The notes beneath the pieces were generated by a model that made no database searches, was not told the DNA's origin, and saw only the letters and a list, made by a program, of their open reading frames with translations. Position numbers and translations under genes: made by a program. This document shows, one piece after another, positions 51,901-64,000 of a stretch of 64,000 nucleotides of DNA; position 1 is the first letter of the stretch; every line of letters begins with the position of its first letter. Location of the stretch: positions 56,792,001 to 56,856,000 of the forward strand of contig JANJGN010000010.1 of the NCBI GenBank assembly GCA_026770705.1, in the 5' to 3' direction. This DNA comes from Isurus oxyrinchus (taxonomy: Eukaryota).

Positions 51901-53185
51901 TACCACGTCAAAGCTACTATCAGAGACCTATACATAAGCCTATAACTCCCACTACAGTCTTAAATCTTTTCTATTTCTTAATACTACCAATAAAGCCTCC
52001 ACTGCTTGTGCACCTCTCATTCTATACTCTCTTATCATTGAAGTAATTTCATCCTTAAGTGCTAAGTTCTCTCTGCCTTGACCATTTTCCCTATCTTTCC
52101 TGTAGATTATAAACTGCTATATTTTGCTCCCAGTGCTGACCATCCTGCAGCCATGTCTCTGTAATGGCTAGCATATCACAGCCTCCAAGTTGACTCTCTG
52201 CCTGCAATTCATACACTTTGTTCCATATGTTTGTATAAAAAAATGCTTATTCGAGCAACACACCCTAACTTTCCTGCTGCTTTCCTGTTACTCACACGTT
52301 TCCTTTTTCTCTTTCTTGGTTTAGTGACTACATCTTTTAGCTTTCTTTTAATCTATGGTGCCTAATACAAAAGTTCTGATGATTACCCACTCTCTTTCCT
52401 CCTACTTGTTTTCAAACTATTATCTATACTACCTTTTTCACCTGAGCTCATCCTCGGCACTTAGTGTTTGAAGTTGTTGAAGGATCCACTAGGTCTCTTG
52501 TCCCTGCCCAGTTCAGGTGGTACCAATCACAGTGGTACCATTCCTTCCTGTCCCAGTAATGGGTGATTGTAACCCATGAAATGGAATCCCTCTTTCCCAC
52601 ATCATTCTATCAGCTACACTTCATCTCCCTAATTCACATCCCTATGCCAGTTTGCATGTGGCTTTGATAATAATAGACATAATAACCCTTGAGGTCATGC
52701 CCTTAAATTTAACTCCCAGTTCCTGGTCCTCTTCTCCTTTTCTTATTTTCCATGTTGTTGGTCCCAACATAAAACTGGTTCCTCCCCCTCCCTCTCCAAT
52801 ATATTTTCAAGCCTGTTTGAGATGCCCCTCACTGTGGAACCAAATAGTAACAAACTATCTGGAACACTTGTTCCTGCTCAATCCTCCTAACTATTGAATT
52901 CCCAATAATTATCACTAGTCCCTATATTGCCCACTCCCTCACCCTGAACACTCTCTTGCTCCAAGGTGCTATGGACTGCATGCTGGCTGCCTATCTGATG
53001 GTCTTTATCGTTATTTCAACATGTAGCAAGTATAACAAACCCACTGGATAGGTTCAGATTCTGCAGTTCCTCATTCTGCATCTCACCCTTACTTTGTACA
53101 CTGTCGATCACACAAACTTGAGTCCGATCCTGTATGTCTCTACAAGATATGCCCAAAATCTGAAACAAGCAGCTCAGAAATTGCT

Positions 53186-53908
53186 CATAAGAACATAAGA
53201 ACTAGGAGCAGGAGTAGGCAATTCAGCCCCCGAGCCTGCCCCACCATTCAATACGATCATGGCTGATCTCATTTTGGCCTCAACTCCAAGTTCCTGCCCT
53301 CTCCCGATAACCTTTCAACCTGTTACTAATTAACAATTTGCCTATCTCCTCTGTAAATTTATTCAGTGTCCAGGTATCCACTGCACTCTTGAGATAGTGA
53401 ATTCCACAGATTCACGACCCTTTGAGAAAAGTAATTCCTTCTCATCTCCGATTTAAATCTACCACCCCTTAGCCTAAAACTATGGCCTCTCATTCTAGAA
53501 TTCCCCACAAGGGGAAACATTAGCTCCACATCTACTTTGTCTATCCCCTTTAGCATCTTACATACCTCAATTAGATCTCCTCTCATCCTTCTAAACTCTA
53601 GCGAGTATAGGCCTAAACTGCTCAATCTCTCCTCATAAGACAAGCCCCGCATCTCTGGAATCAATCTAGTGAACTTCCTCTGAGCTGCCTCCAATGCAAC
53701 TACATCCTTCCTCAAGTAAGGGGACCAAAACTCTGCACAGTACTCCAGGTGCAGTCTCAGCAATGCTTTGTACAGTTGCAACAACACTTCCCTATTTTTA
53801 TACTCTATTCCTTTAGCAATAAATGCCAAAATTCCATTATTACCTGCTGTACCTGTATACTAGCTGTCAGCGATTCATGCATGAGGACACCCAGATCCCT
53901 CTACACTG
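53186..53908 (-). mobile_element. CR1 LINE 3' fragment, relatively young
   Basis: ORF 53359-53829 (FIAKGIEYKNREVLLQLYKALLRLHLEYCAEFWSPYLRKD...RRMRGDLIEV...YFSQRVVNLWNSL) is the CR1 ORF2 C-terminus; (cataagaa)n tail. Confidence 0.9.
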
Positions 53909-55425
53909 CTCCTCCTCCTCCCTCATATTCAGTGTGTTTCCAACTCACACTCCAGCTCAATGATTCTGAGACCGAGAGAATCGAGGTGGAGATATCAACT
54001 GCAGATTTGTTCACTCAGGATAGTTTCACTGTCCTCAGAATTCCACATACTGCAGTCCAGATACAGGACCTGCTCTGTCATTCTCTTACTCTCAATTATT
54101 TATATTAAGTTTTTAGCTTGTTGTAAATTTTTTGTCTTTTTCTACACACTAACTTGCATTATGCAGTGGACAAAAATGTTAAACACTTAGTGCTTCAAGC
54201 TTCCATTACAATTATTGGAGGTGAAAATAAAAAGCAGCACCTCCTTCCCCCTCTGTGCCAAATTCCCACTTGCACCCAGTTGCTGACTTTAGCACTCTGT
54301 TATCATTGCATTCTTTTCACAACCACTCTGTGCAGCAGCAGATATACTGTTTACTTATGAGTCAGACCCAAGTTACAATGCTCACAGCAATTAACACCAC
54401 AGCTTACAACTGATTGGCAGTTAAGTAGGTTAACTAGTTGCAGTTATTTTTACAGTTTCTAAACTGTAAATACTTACCAGAGAATTTCTACTTGCAAGTC
54501 CCCAAATTTTGCATTCTGTTGCATTCTTTTCAAGGTGACTGTGGACAATCCACGTGATAATGAAAGTTTGTCAAAAATCTATCATTTAATACATGCACAA
54601 GCATTGATGCAGAAGTCTAGGAGGAGAAAATAATTGGCTTTAAGTTTGAAAAATCAAAGTGACGTTTGCTTTATTTTGCATTATAGAATTTTGTGGATAG
54701 CTTACTCAGAAAGTGGACAGTCCAACCCAAAAAATGAGACAGGTGACAATCTTAATCTGAAAAAACAATCGATTTAGTTTACATTCTAAACCGCAACCTT
54801 TGGTTGTTTTGAGTAAAGGATGTGTAATTAAGTCTACAATTCATGTTCTTGGTCATATTCAAAGCCTAATGTAATGGCTCAAATGTGAAAGTTGTATATT
54901 ATGTTACCCTCTTTATGTTTTGCCATTATCCAATAATCGTGACACAGTGGAAGATTTGTCAGTCTTCCAGTATTTGTTCATGGACAGTTTATTAGATGCA
55001 ACTTTGTATGCTACATAACCCAGCTTCATACTCATGGTGGAGGGATGAAGAACTTTTGAGCATTGGCAAAGGACAAATACAGAGATCTTCTTATGTCTGT
55101 TGTCTGAATGGTTTTTATTCCTGAAATGCCAGAAATTTATTGATGTTTGAAAGATACTTTTTTTTGTTTGTGCTCATGTCTAACAAAGTACCCTATATTG
55201 TAACAATTAATTAGCATATCTACATCTTGAAATGAATTGGAGTGAATGTATGTGAACAAGTGGCGTTTTGCTCTTGTGTTTATTTCTCTTTAATTTTATA
55301 TTAGTTTTTACTGATACAATTTATAAATTAAAGTCAATAATGCTCCTTTTTTGCTTTTCTATCTTATAACTTTCAATCCCTGCACTGCTGCTTTTCTGCT
55401 TGCTGTACATTAACACTATCTTCAG

Positions 55426-55443
55426 AAGAGGTTGTTGAAGAAG
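55426..55443 (+). CDS. tnnt3: 18-nt cassette exon EEVVEE
   Basis: aTTAACactatcttcAG|AAGAGGTTGTTGAAGAAG|GTATGT; paralog of 47156-47173. Confidence 0.85.
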
Positions 55444-56244
55444 GTATGTAGTGCAATATCCATTTACTTCCCTTTTCTTCGTTCATCTGTTTTTTCTGTA
55501 ATCTCCTTTTAGTTTCCTTCATATCTTTCTTCATTCTTCTTTTCCTTCATTTGTATTTTAGTCCTTTCTCTTTTCTTCTTCATTCTCCCCTTCCTTTCCA
55601 TTGGTATGCTATGTTCTGATCTTTTCTTTACTTCATTCTTCTGTTTTACTTTCATTCTATTTTTCTCTCATTCGCTTTTTTCTCTTTTAATCATCATTTC
55701 CACTTTACTGTTTTTCCCTTATTTTTTCTCCCCGTGTTCGTTTCCTTACCCTCAATCTCAATCATTCCATTGCGTTATCGCCTTCAATTATACAGGATCC
55801 TTCATATTTCCAATCATTTTGCAACCTTGGTCATCCCAATCATTCTGTTTCCTCCTTCATTCCTAATTATTCTGTATCAATCAGTAAGCTCAATGATTGC
55901 ATATCATCCATCACTACCATTCATTAAGTGATGTATTGGAGTTTCCTTCATTATTTCTTATAGACAGGTGGTTTATTAGATGTAATTTAAACAGCTTTTG
56001 ATAATGTGAGCTGTAGAAGCAATGCCGATATGCAATTATTGAGCTGTTAATTGTCCTGGAGTTAGATAAACTGATTTGAGTAATTTAATGAAGCTAGAAA
56101 GGTGACCTTCATGCATTTGTTAGTTCTTCTCGGGGTAGTCCTGCGCCTGCTGCATTGACACCTTTTGCTCTTCAACGCTCAGTATTAACATGTATTTTGC
56201 TTCTTTGTATTTGCTGCTCACTGCATGTACCTGACCTCTCCCAG

Positions 56245-56262
56245 AAGTGCACCATGAAGAAG
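56245..56262 (+). CDS. tnnt3: 18-nt cassette exon EVHHEE
   Basis: cCTGACctctcccAG|AAGTGCACCATGAAGAAG|GTATGT; paralog of 48092-48109. Confidence 0.85.
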
Positions 56263-57632
56263 GTATGTTGCTCTCTGCTGTTTTTTAAAAAATCATGCAT
56301 GGGATTCCATGTTATTCCAAGTCTCCTTTTCAAGGAATGCTTCAGACAAGTTATATTTTGAGACCATGATGTTCTGTGAAAATGAGGACAGTTGTGACCC
56401 ACCCTGCCTATCCAGTGTACACTTAATATAGCTGTGCAGAGACTTGCCACCCTATTCCCCTGTGATTCCTGCTTTTTACCATCTTAACTGGGCCCTTGTG
56501 GGGGTTGCCAAAGTGCATTCTTGACACAGGCAGGTACCACATTAATTAGATCCTTATGCTAACATTAAAATTCAGATTGCATTTTAATGGCCTATTGCAC
56601 AGCTACCCATCTTGATTATCCTGCTCAGTAAAACTTGGTGGGGAAACAGTGGCTTTTGGTTTATTTTGGTGTTATTTACATTTTAAAAAACAAATTTGGA
56701 TGTTTCATTAAAAATGTGTCATTTAATCTAATCTATAACTCATTTTCTTGATCATCTTCAAGTCCCAATGTAATGTCTCTACATTTATATGTTACCCCCT
56801 GTATATTATGTATATTATGTCATCACCTAACAATCGTGGCACATAGAAGGTTTGCCGATATACAGAGTTTGCGCATGAATAGTCTACAAACACAGTTGTG
56901 TCCGGCACATATCCTTACTTCATACTTGTGGTCAGGAAATGGGGAGTTTAGAGCATTGGCAAAAAACTAAATATTCTGTTATTCTGAATAATTTTATGTG
57001 CCTCTATAAACATTTAAATTCATTTGCATATAGTTGTAAAGTAATGTAATGAATATAAATGAACACGAGGTCAGATTTATCCCTGTTTATACCAAAATTT
57101 TAATCTAAGCAGAGGATTGAATCCATGTTGGCAGTCAGAATGTAGATGGCTATGATCACATTGCTGATTCTCACAGTGCATAATCGTTGCTCAATTTAAT
57201 ATAGTTCAATTTGTGCGTATACAATTGGTGATTCTAGACTCTCATAAATTGTCTGAATAAGGCAGAATGTTTTAAAACAGAGAGGTGATATTGTTAGTGA
57301 GATGATCAGATAAACGTTGAGCAACCTGCAAAAGCCTGAAACTTCAATAACTCCAGAGATGGTTCAGTTTAATCCTGACAAATAAGTCGAGTACAAGCAG
57401 GAGCCAGTTTACACATCTGATTCAAATCAGACTTTGATAGACGTCAAGTCAACTCTGACCTCCAATCAACAGTGAGAGCAAGGCATTCTAGATCCTGGGT
57501 GCATCTTTAGTGCAGTATGGTTCCGTGGAAGCCCACGGTCAGTCTACAAATTTCACTAAATGGAATAACTGTCCTGAACACATTTACTTAATCTTGTTTT
57601 GCTCTGTTGTGTTTTTTCATTGCATTGCACAG

Positions 57633-57656
57633 TTTATGGAAACGAAGAAGAAGACG
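57633..57656 (+). CDS. tnnt3: 24-nt cassette exon VYGNEEED
   Basis: gttttttcattgcattgcacAG|TTTATGGAAACGAAGAAGAAGACG|GTATTT; phase 1-1, acidic. Confidence 0.75.
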
Positions 57657-60143
57657 GTATTTTTGCTTTATCACCAATGTAAATTCACCCCACTGAACGC
57701 TAACTATCTACCCCTTCCCCCAATTCTCTGGGGTTAATTCTTCTAAATGTGTGGCTTGAGGTGATCCAGTAGCAGACTATATATAACGTATTATATAGCT
57801 GCGAGATTCAGCTAGTATTTTGACTAACAGGTTTCAGTGCAGTGATCATTAAATGTATTACAACCTGATCACTTTTGGTTTTATTCACAATGCTGAATGC
57901 TAAAATATTAATGTTGTCTTTTACACTGTCAATTTCATAATCTGTCTTCATTTCATAAATCAACCTAATTTCTTTGAGGATTAGTGTGTGTGCTTTTGCT
58001 GATAATATTGGTAGCAGAATGTTTCAAATAAAAAGGTGGTGTTAAATTGTGCTGGATAACATTGCTGGACAATTAGGGGTATTCATAAGAGGCCCTGACA
58101 GAAGGTTGTGCACCAGCTTCTCTGCTGCAGAAAGGTCAGGCTAAATGGATGAAAAGGTTACAAATTTGGGTGGGGGTAGTGAGATGGAGTTAATCCCACC
58201 CCGCTTCTGCAAAAAAAATGTTGTTTTTCCAAAATACAAGCAAAGGGAATATTTTTAAAATGGAAATATTAATTTTCAAAATATTTTAAAATCACGAGGA
58301 TTGCATATCACCCCCTTTAGCTCTGTTTTCTTTTAAGTTTTGTATCCTAATTTTCACCAAAGGGAAATGCATCACCTAACAAATAGGAAACGGGGACAGC
58401 CTAGGGCTCTAAGCACTTTTATTGGCTTTAAAGACACTGTGACCTGATGTTGGGAGATACGATTGTACTGTGTTGATATGCAGAGCATCTACTTTTCCGG
58501 AACTAATTCCACACTTCTTTGAATCAATCGATCAGGTGACTTTGTTCACTGGCATTCACTCAGTAGTACACTGGTAGGGTTGGGGGGGTGGGTGTGAATG
58601 TTGGGGTGGGGGGATTGGAGGGAGGAATGATTAAGCAGGCCAGTGGAGTGAGCCACCAGCTTCCTAAGCTGGCAAACTGCTTAGGGAGGTACCTGCTGGA
58701 ACACACAGCTAAATACTATCCTGGATTAACAACTGATGCTTTAAATCAACCATAGAAAGCTAAGCTATTAAAAAGGCAATTCTTCACAAACATTTTGATT
58801 TTGTTTGATTTCAGAAGGATAGCTGTGTGTAGGTTTCCTCACAGTGAAGTCATGCATAAATAACGTAATGTTGCATTTCATTGTGATTTATGGCGTTGTC
58901 CTATGTGTTTGTGAACAAATAGGAAACATTATTTGTCATTTTCCCTGAAGGTGGTGTGCTTCAAAGACGAGAATACTCTTATGTTTTAATTCATTTTTAA
59001 TGGTCCATAACACCTCAATGAAAGTTCAGCACCCATGCCCCATTAATAAAGCCAAGGCCGTAATAAGTTGCCTTTGCACCCCCACCCCAATCAATCTTCT
59101 CTGTACAGATATATTTAAGATAATCTGCAATATAGCATTAATATCCAAAAGCTAATTTTGTTTGCTATATTGTCAAGATGGCGCTGGTGGACATTATCAG
59201 TTTAGGTGGTCAGTGGTCCTACTTGAAAACAACTGGGGCCTAATGAATGTATATAAAGAGGGGTTGGATTATGCAGTTAGACAAAAAAACTGTTTTCATT
59301 TCCATGTAACTTCCTCAATCTGCTGAAAATCACGGACAGTACATGTCAAGGTGGGCCATTTCCAGTGTTAATGACAACTATTGTAGGGGGAAGCTGGAAA
59401 TAGGTCTGACCTTCATTGCTATTTAGTTTTCTGGGTGGAGTTTTGAGCCTTAAGTGCCTCCTTAACTTCTGGAAAGCCAGAAGCACAGACACTCTTTAAC
59501 TCTTAGAATCTTAGGTTTATTAGTTTTGATTTTATTGAAAATGATAGACAGGAGGTAATTTGTAGCAGTCCAATGTTTCAAGTTGCTCCATTTTGTTACT
59601 ATTATCTACTAAGATCATTTTCTCTTTTTCATTGTTCCTTTTTTCCTCCATAGCTCCTGTTTGTTCTTAAGGTGTTGACTCATGTTGAGGTACAGTTCCC
59701 CAGGTACTGGATGCCCCACAGTTATGTTGGGGAAGGAATGATTGACCAGACACTGATTGCAATTCCAGAAATGTCTGAAGGAAAATGTCTGTGACTGAGG
59801 ATCATGTTACACAGGAACAGGCTCAGCTGTGATGATTTCCAGGAATGAATAGCCTGCCAGCATTCACTGATAAATGACCACACATGAATAATGGACACTT
59901 GGGTTAGGTACTGAACAATAAGTACCACCTGTAGAACCATCCCTAACATGGAGTCAACACCTTCAGGCAATCGGGGTGGAAATTGGGGAGAAAAAAATAA
60001 CTTAATTTGTAATGCAGCAGATTGTACTTTTTTTTTCAAAAAAAGCTACAATATTTGGGTGTTGCTTATGCTATATTTTGTCTTTAATTTTGGAGAAAAT
60101 GGCTCATTTTTTTAATTTACTTTTTTGCTTTATTTTGCTACAG

Positions 60144-60162
60144 AGGAAAAGCCAAAGATAAA
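60144..60162 (+). CDS. tnnt3: 19-nt exon EEKPKI(K)
   Basis: tttattttgctacAG|AGGAAAAGCCAAAGATAAA|GTGAGT; matches TNNT3 EEKPRPK, phase 1 to 2. Confidence 0.92.
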
Positions 60163-60609
60163 GTGAGTAGAGATTTATAATGAATTCAAAAGTTTATTTA
60201 ATGCGGGAATACTCATAAAATGTCAATTTGCCAATGGCTTTCATCAGATGTATTGCTTCATTTGTCTCTGGGCCTCCAGTCATAGCTCACAGAGCAGCGG
60301 TATATTAATTGAGCATGGGTTTTATATTTTTCCCTCTGCTCCCTTTTCTTTCCCAACAGTGGGAAGCTATTCTGCAGGTGGTACTCTCTTAGCATCCAAG
60401 TTACTATAGAATGCATTGTTTGCACTCCAGTCTGTTTCTATGGAGAAGCTGCCAGCCATGACCTCACCAACTATAGGGACGGGATGTTAGATGTTGAGTA
60501 TTCTGTAGTGCACCATGTTGGAAGGTGACTGAGTGTAAGTTGTAGCCTTGTGTAAGTCACTGTTCAGATTTGCCAAACTCAGCAAAAGGTTAATGGAACA
60601 ATGATGCTG

Positions 60610-60880
60610 TAATAGCAGGAGGATGGCTGACCAGAGGACAGAGAGTTAAAATAATTGACAAAAGATCCAGAAGGCAGATGAGTCATTTTTTTTATGCAGC
60701 CAGTTATGATCTGAAATTCACTGCTTGAAAAGGTGGTGGCAGCATATTCTTTCTAGAAATGGGAAAATTTGCAGGGCTACAGGGAAAGAACATGACAAAT
60801 TGGATAGCTCTTTCAAAGATCCAGCACAGGCACAATGGGCCAGGTGGATGCTGTCTGCGCTGCGTCATTGTATTGTATTT
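60610..60880 (+). mobile_element. Old CR1-like 3' end fragment
   Basis: accagaggacagag...ttttttttatgcagccagttatgatctgaaattcactgc...gggaaaatttgcagggctac...ggccaggtgg resembles the CR1 terminus. Confidence 0.55.
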
Positions 60881-61429
60881 GTACCACACAACCCAAAAGA
60901 ACACAACGTGAGTGAAAATTTGCTCCTGTGAGCAACCAGTATTCGTCTTTTCAATTTCTTGAGTATGGAAAAATCACTGCTCTTAGGGCTAAGCTCCTGG
61001 CCTGATTATAATGTGGAACAAATAGAGACAGAGGCTTGATTTTTCCAGTGGGGAGGCCATGCTCGAAAGTACAGCAGATTGCAGGTAGGACTACAAAATG
61101 TCACTCCAATTTGATAGCCCACATTACCACCAAGTGCAGCTCCTCATTGACAACTGGGATCATGGAATTAGCCTGTGATCCAGTCTCTTGGAATTTACAA
61201 TTTAAAAAAAAATGACTGAGAAAAAGGGTGTAATCTATATATGTGATTGCAAATTTTGCATAGGTTGTAACCTTTCTATCCACATACCTTACTTCCCATT
61301 GATAGAAAAACATGGCAAAAAATTGTGACACTTATCATTGTACATTACTGTGTCAAAAATGTTCCATTCATGCAACATAGTATTCCTGACAGTAAATATT
61401 ATGCTTTTGTTCTGTCCGTATCCTTCCAA

Positions 61430-62070
61430 ACTGTTCCTTCTTCCCATTCGCCTTTTATTCTCTACTTCCCTTCTATTTCCCTCCGGCTTTTCCTCTGTGC
61501 TCCTCCTTTTCTCTCTCCTCCTCTGTCCTTCTATTTCCCTCCTTCCCTTCTTGTCATGCATGTTTTTCTCTTCTGACTCCTTCCTTATCTTTTGTGCTCT
61601 TTTCCTTCATTTCTCTTCTCCCTCCTCCTTCCTTTGTGTGTGTGTGTCTCTCTCTCCTTCCTTCTCATTCTTCTTCCCTTCCATCTGTCTTACCCATCTG
61701 TATCTTTCCCCTTTCATTCTATTCATCCTACTTCTGTTCTATCTCCCTTCATTCGTTTTCTTCTCCTCCACTTCCATCTCTACCTTTCTCCTGCTTACTC
61801 TCTTTCTGTATGTTTCTACTTCCCTTCTCTCACTCTTCCTCCTCCTTCCCTTGTTTCTCTGTCTTTCTTTCACCCTTTATTTCCCTTGCTTTCTCTCCTC
61901 TCCACTTGCTTCCCTCTCCTTTTCATTTCTGTCTCTTCGAATCCCATTTTTGTCCCTTATTTCGTTGCCATTCATCCCTTTGCTTCACTCTCTCTGTTGT
62001 TGTTTTCTCACGCCTATTTCTGTCTCTGGTCTTTTTTGGACCTCTCTTTCTTTCTAAGTCATTTTTCCAA
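61430..62070. repeat. Polypyrimidine low-complexity tract
   Basis: About 600 nt almost entirely C/T on the + strand; source of the overlapping Phe/Leu/Ser ORFs. Confidence 0.85.
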
Positions 62071-62725
62071 GTAAATTCAGTAATCCCATGTTCTCTGCAT
62101 TGAATCTTACTCGACGGAACTAACTCTAATTCTATGACCATGTTTCCATTCAGCACATTCAGTGTTTAATTTTCTCTTATCTCTTCTTTGACTTTGTTTT
62201 ATTCACTTTCCCTTCCTCTACTGAGCTTGACATGGGGGATGAAAAGGAAGTGAATAGCTGAAGCAGCATAGACAGCTGCAGGGATATGGGAGTCTGTTGG
62301 GGCTACCACGACAACATGGGGAACAGGAGGCAGCTGAGCAGGATAATTGCAACAGTGCAAAGATTAACAATGAGAGCTTTTAAGTAGTGGTGGTAATTGT
62401 CATTTGCAGTGACCGTGGGAAACTAACAGTTCTAAAAAGGACAGTGTAATGGGCGGGCAATCTACAACCACCAAATATCCACCAGGTTTGGAGTGAAAAT
62501 TGCTGTAGTGTCTTTAATGTGAAAAAAAAAATGATTGTGGAGGTGGATAAGAGAAACCAATGCAGAGCTGTGGAGGTAGCAATAAGGGTATTGGCATTGA
62601 AAATGTTTCATTCCCCAGAGCGCACACATCCTTCACCATGATGAAGAAACAATTTGCAGAAAAAGCCCCAAAAACTTTCACAATCTGAGTTCTAGCTGTC
62701 ATTAACTCTTGTTGCTTTTTTACAG

Positions 62726-62771
62726 ACTGACTGCCCCCAAAATCCCAGAGGGAGAGAAAGTTGACTTTGAT
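62726..62771 (+). CDS. tnnt3: 46-nt conserved exon (K)[15 protein letters not shown]
   Basis: gcttttttacAG|ACTGACTGCCCCC...GTTGACTTTGAT|GTGAGT. The peptide equals the recalled fast TnT motif [15 protein letters not shown] (slow TnT has PPKIPEGERVDFD, cardiac PPKIPDGERVDFD). Confidence 0.96.
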
Positions 62772-63364
62772 GTGAGTGCAGAAGTTATCAAACAAACTAT
62801 TCATTATTAATAAGCTTGTTGTTTTGTTGATGGCTTCATGAAACTTACTTTCTTTCATAATATATATGCTCAAAATGAGCAATGATTTTAAAGTCATGAA
62901 GGACTGTTGTTTCTATTCTGAGTAGGATTCAGGGAGGAAGCAAAGGTAGATTTTTTTGGAATTTTTCTTTTTTTCTTCAAAGTATTCTCCCCTCCTCTCC
63001 CATTGAGAGGTGCTGAAAATGGAACAAGGTTCCACAAGCACTAATCATTCTCTAGAACTTTAGTACTATTTTTTTGTGTGGGAGCAGAAAATTAACATCA
63101 GTGCATTATATAATCATATGGAGATCACAGTTGACTCAGATTCTACTATTCATTAGTATCAGGAATAGCATTTCCCAGCAAGGGTACTAAGATGACAACT
63201 AGAAACAGGAATCTTGGCTGATTATTTTTTTCCCTGCCTAGAAGAAGAGCAATGAGATCAATGATAGGGCCAGACTGAGATCACAAAATATGATCACAAG
63301 ACGATTTCAAGAAAACTCCTCCAGGTCATTTCTGTCCATCCATTCAGAACATCCCCAAAGATAG

Positions 63365-64000
63365 CATTGTAGGCAGTGCAGATGGAAGTGTAAGATTATA
63401 AAGAGGTATTCATGGATTAAATAAATGGGACGAAAATGTGGCAAATGGATTTCAATGTAGGCATGGGTGAGGCCATCCTCTTTCGAGCTAAGAAAGATAA
63501 AACAGGGTATCTTGTAAATGGTGAAAAGCTAGAAACAGTGAAAGTCAAAAGAGACCTGGGGGTCAGTTGCATAAATCCTTAAAATGTTGTGAACAAGTGC
63601 AGAAAATTATCAAAAAAGCTGATGGAATGCTGGCCTTTATATTGAGAGGATGAGAAATCTAGGAGGTAGAAGTCATGTCTCAGCCACACAGCTGGAATAC
63701 TATGAGCAGTTCTGAGCACCAACCCTTAAGAAAGCATATATATGGCCTTGCAGGAGCGCGGGGGGTAAATGCAGCACAGGCTTATCAGAAAATATCTGGA
63801 CTTCAAGGGTTAAATTATTGAGACTACACAAACTAGGGTGATATATCCTGGAATTTAGAAGGCTATTGGGTAATTTTATTGAAGTTTTCAAGATATTAAG
63901 GGGAACAGTTGGGGTAAATAGGGAGAAACTATTTTCACTGGTTGAGAAGTCCAGAATGAGAGGGCATGGTCTAAAAATTAGAGCCAGGCCTTCCAGTAGT
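63365..64000 (+). mobile_element. Decayed CR1-type LINE fragment
   Basis: tggcaaatggatttcaatgtagg...agagacctgggggtc...ctggaatactatgagcagttctg...gaatttagaagg...agggcat follows the order of the CR1 ORF2 C-terminus. Confidence 0.75.

Noticed and set aside
61338-62103. Long hydrophobic ORFs (also 47181-47826 and 55606-55931)
   Set aside because: Artefacts of pyrimidine-rich low-complexity DNA that lacks stop codons.

Overview
Eukaryotic, AT-rich vertebrate DNA. The CR1 and Penelope repeat content suggests a cartilaginous fish (inference). The window holds the 5' part of a fast skeletal troponin T gene (tnnt3, + strand), which the ORF track misses because it is built from microexons. It has a tandemly duplicated muscle promoter plus non-coding exon 1 (two ~2.3-kb copies), a start exon (MSDTEEV), an 8-nt exon, a long run of phase-1 cassette microexons, and then the conserved EEKPKIK / [15 protein letters not shown] exons; the gene continues past the window. 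The main discovery is an 8-copy, ~4.4-kb tandem array (10453-47161). Each unit carries one in-frame 24-nt His-rich microexon (six copies EHHEHHEG, plus EHQEHEEE and EHHEHPKE). Together they could encode a 64-aa, 29-His N-terminal segment that recalls the avian metal-binding Tx segment. Each array junction also leaves a truncated decoy copy of the downstream exon. Unit 5 carries an inverted Penelope-like insertion with a GIY-YIG fragment, a 12-bp TSD and minimal hammerhead-like motifs. Splicing all exons gives 381 nt / 127 aa: MSDTEEVYE-EHQEHEEE-EHHEHHEG-EHHEHPKE-(EHHEHHEG)x5[54 protein letters not shown].
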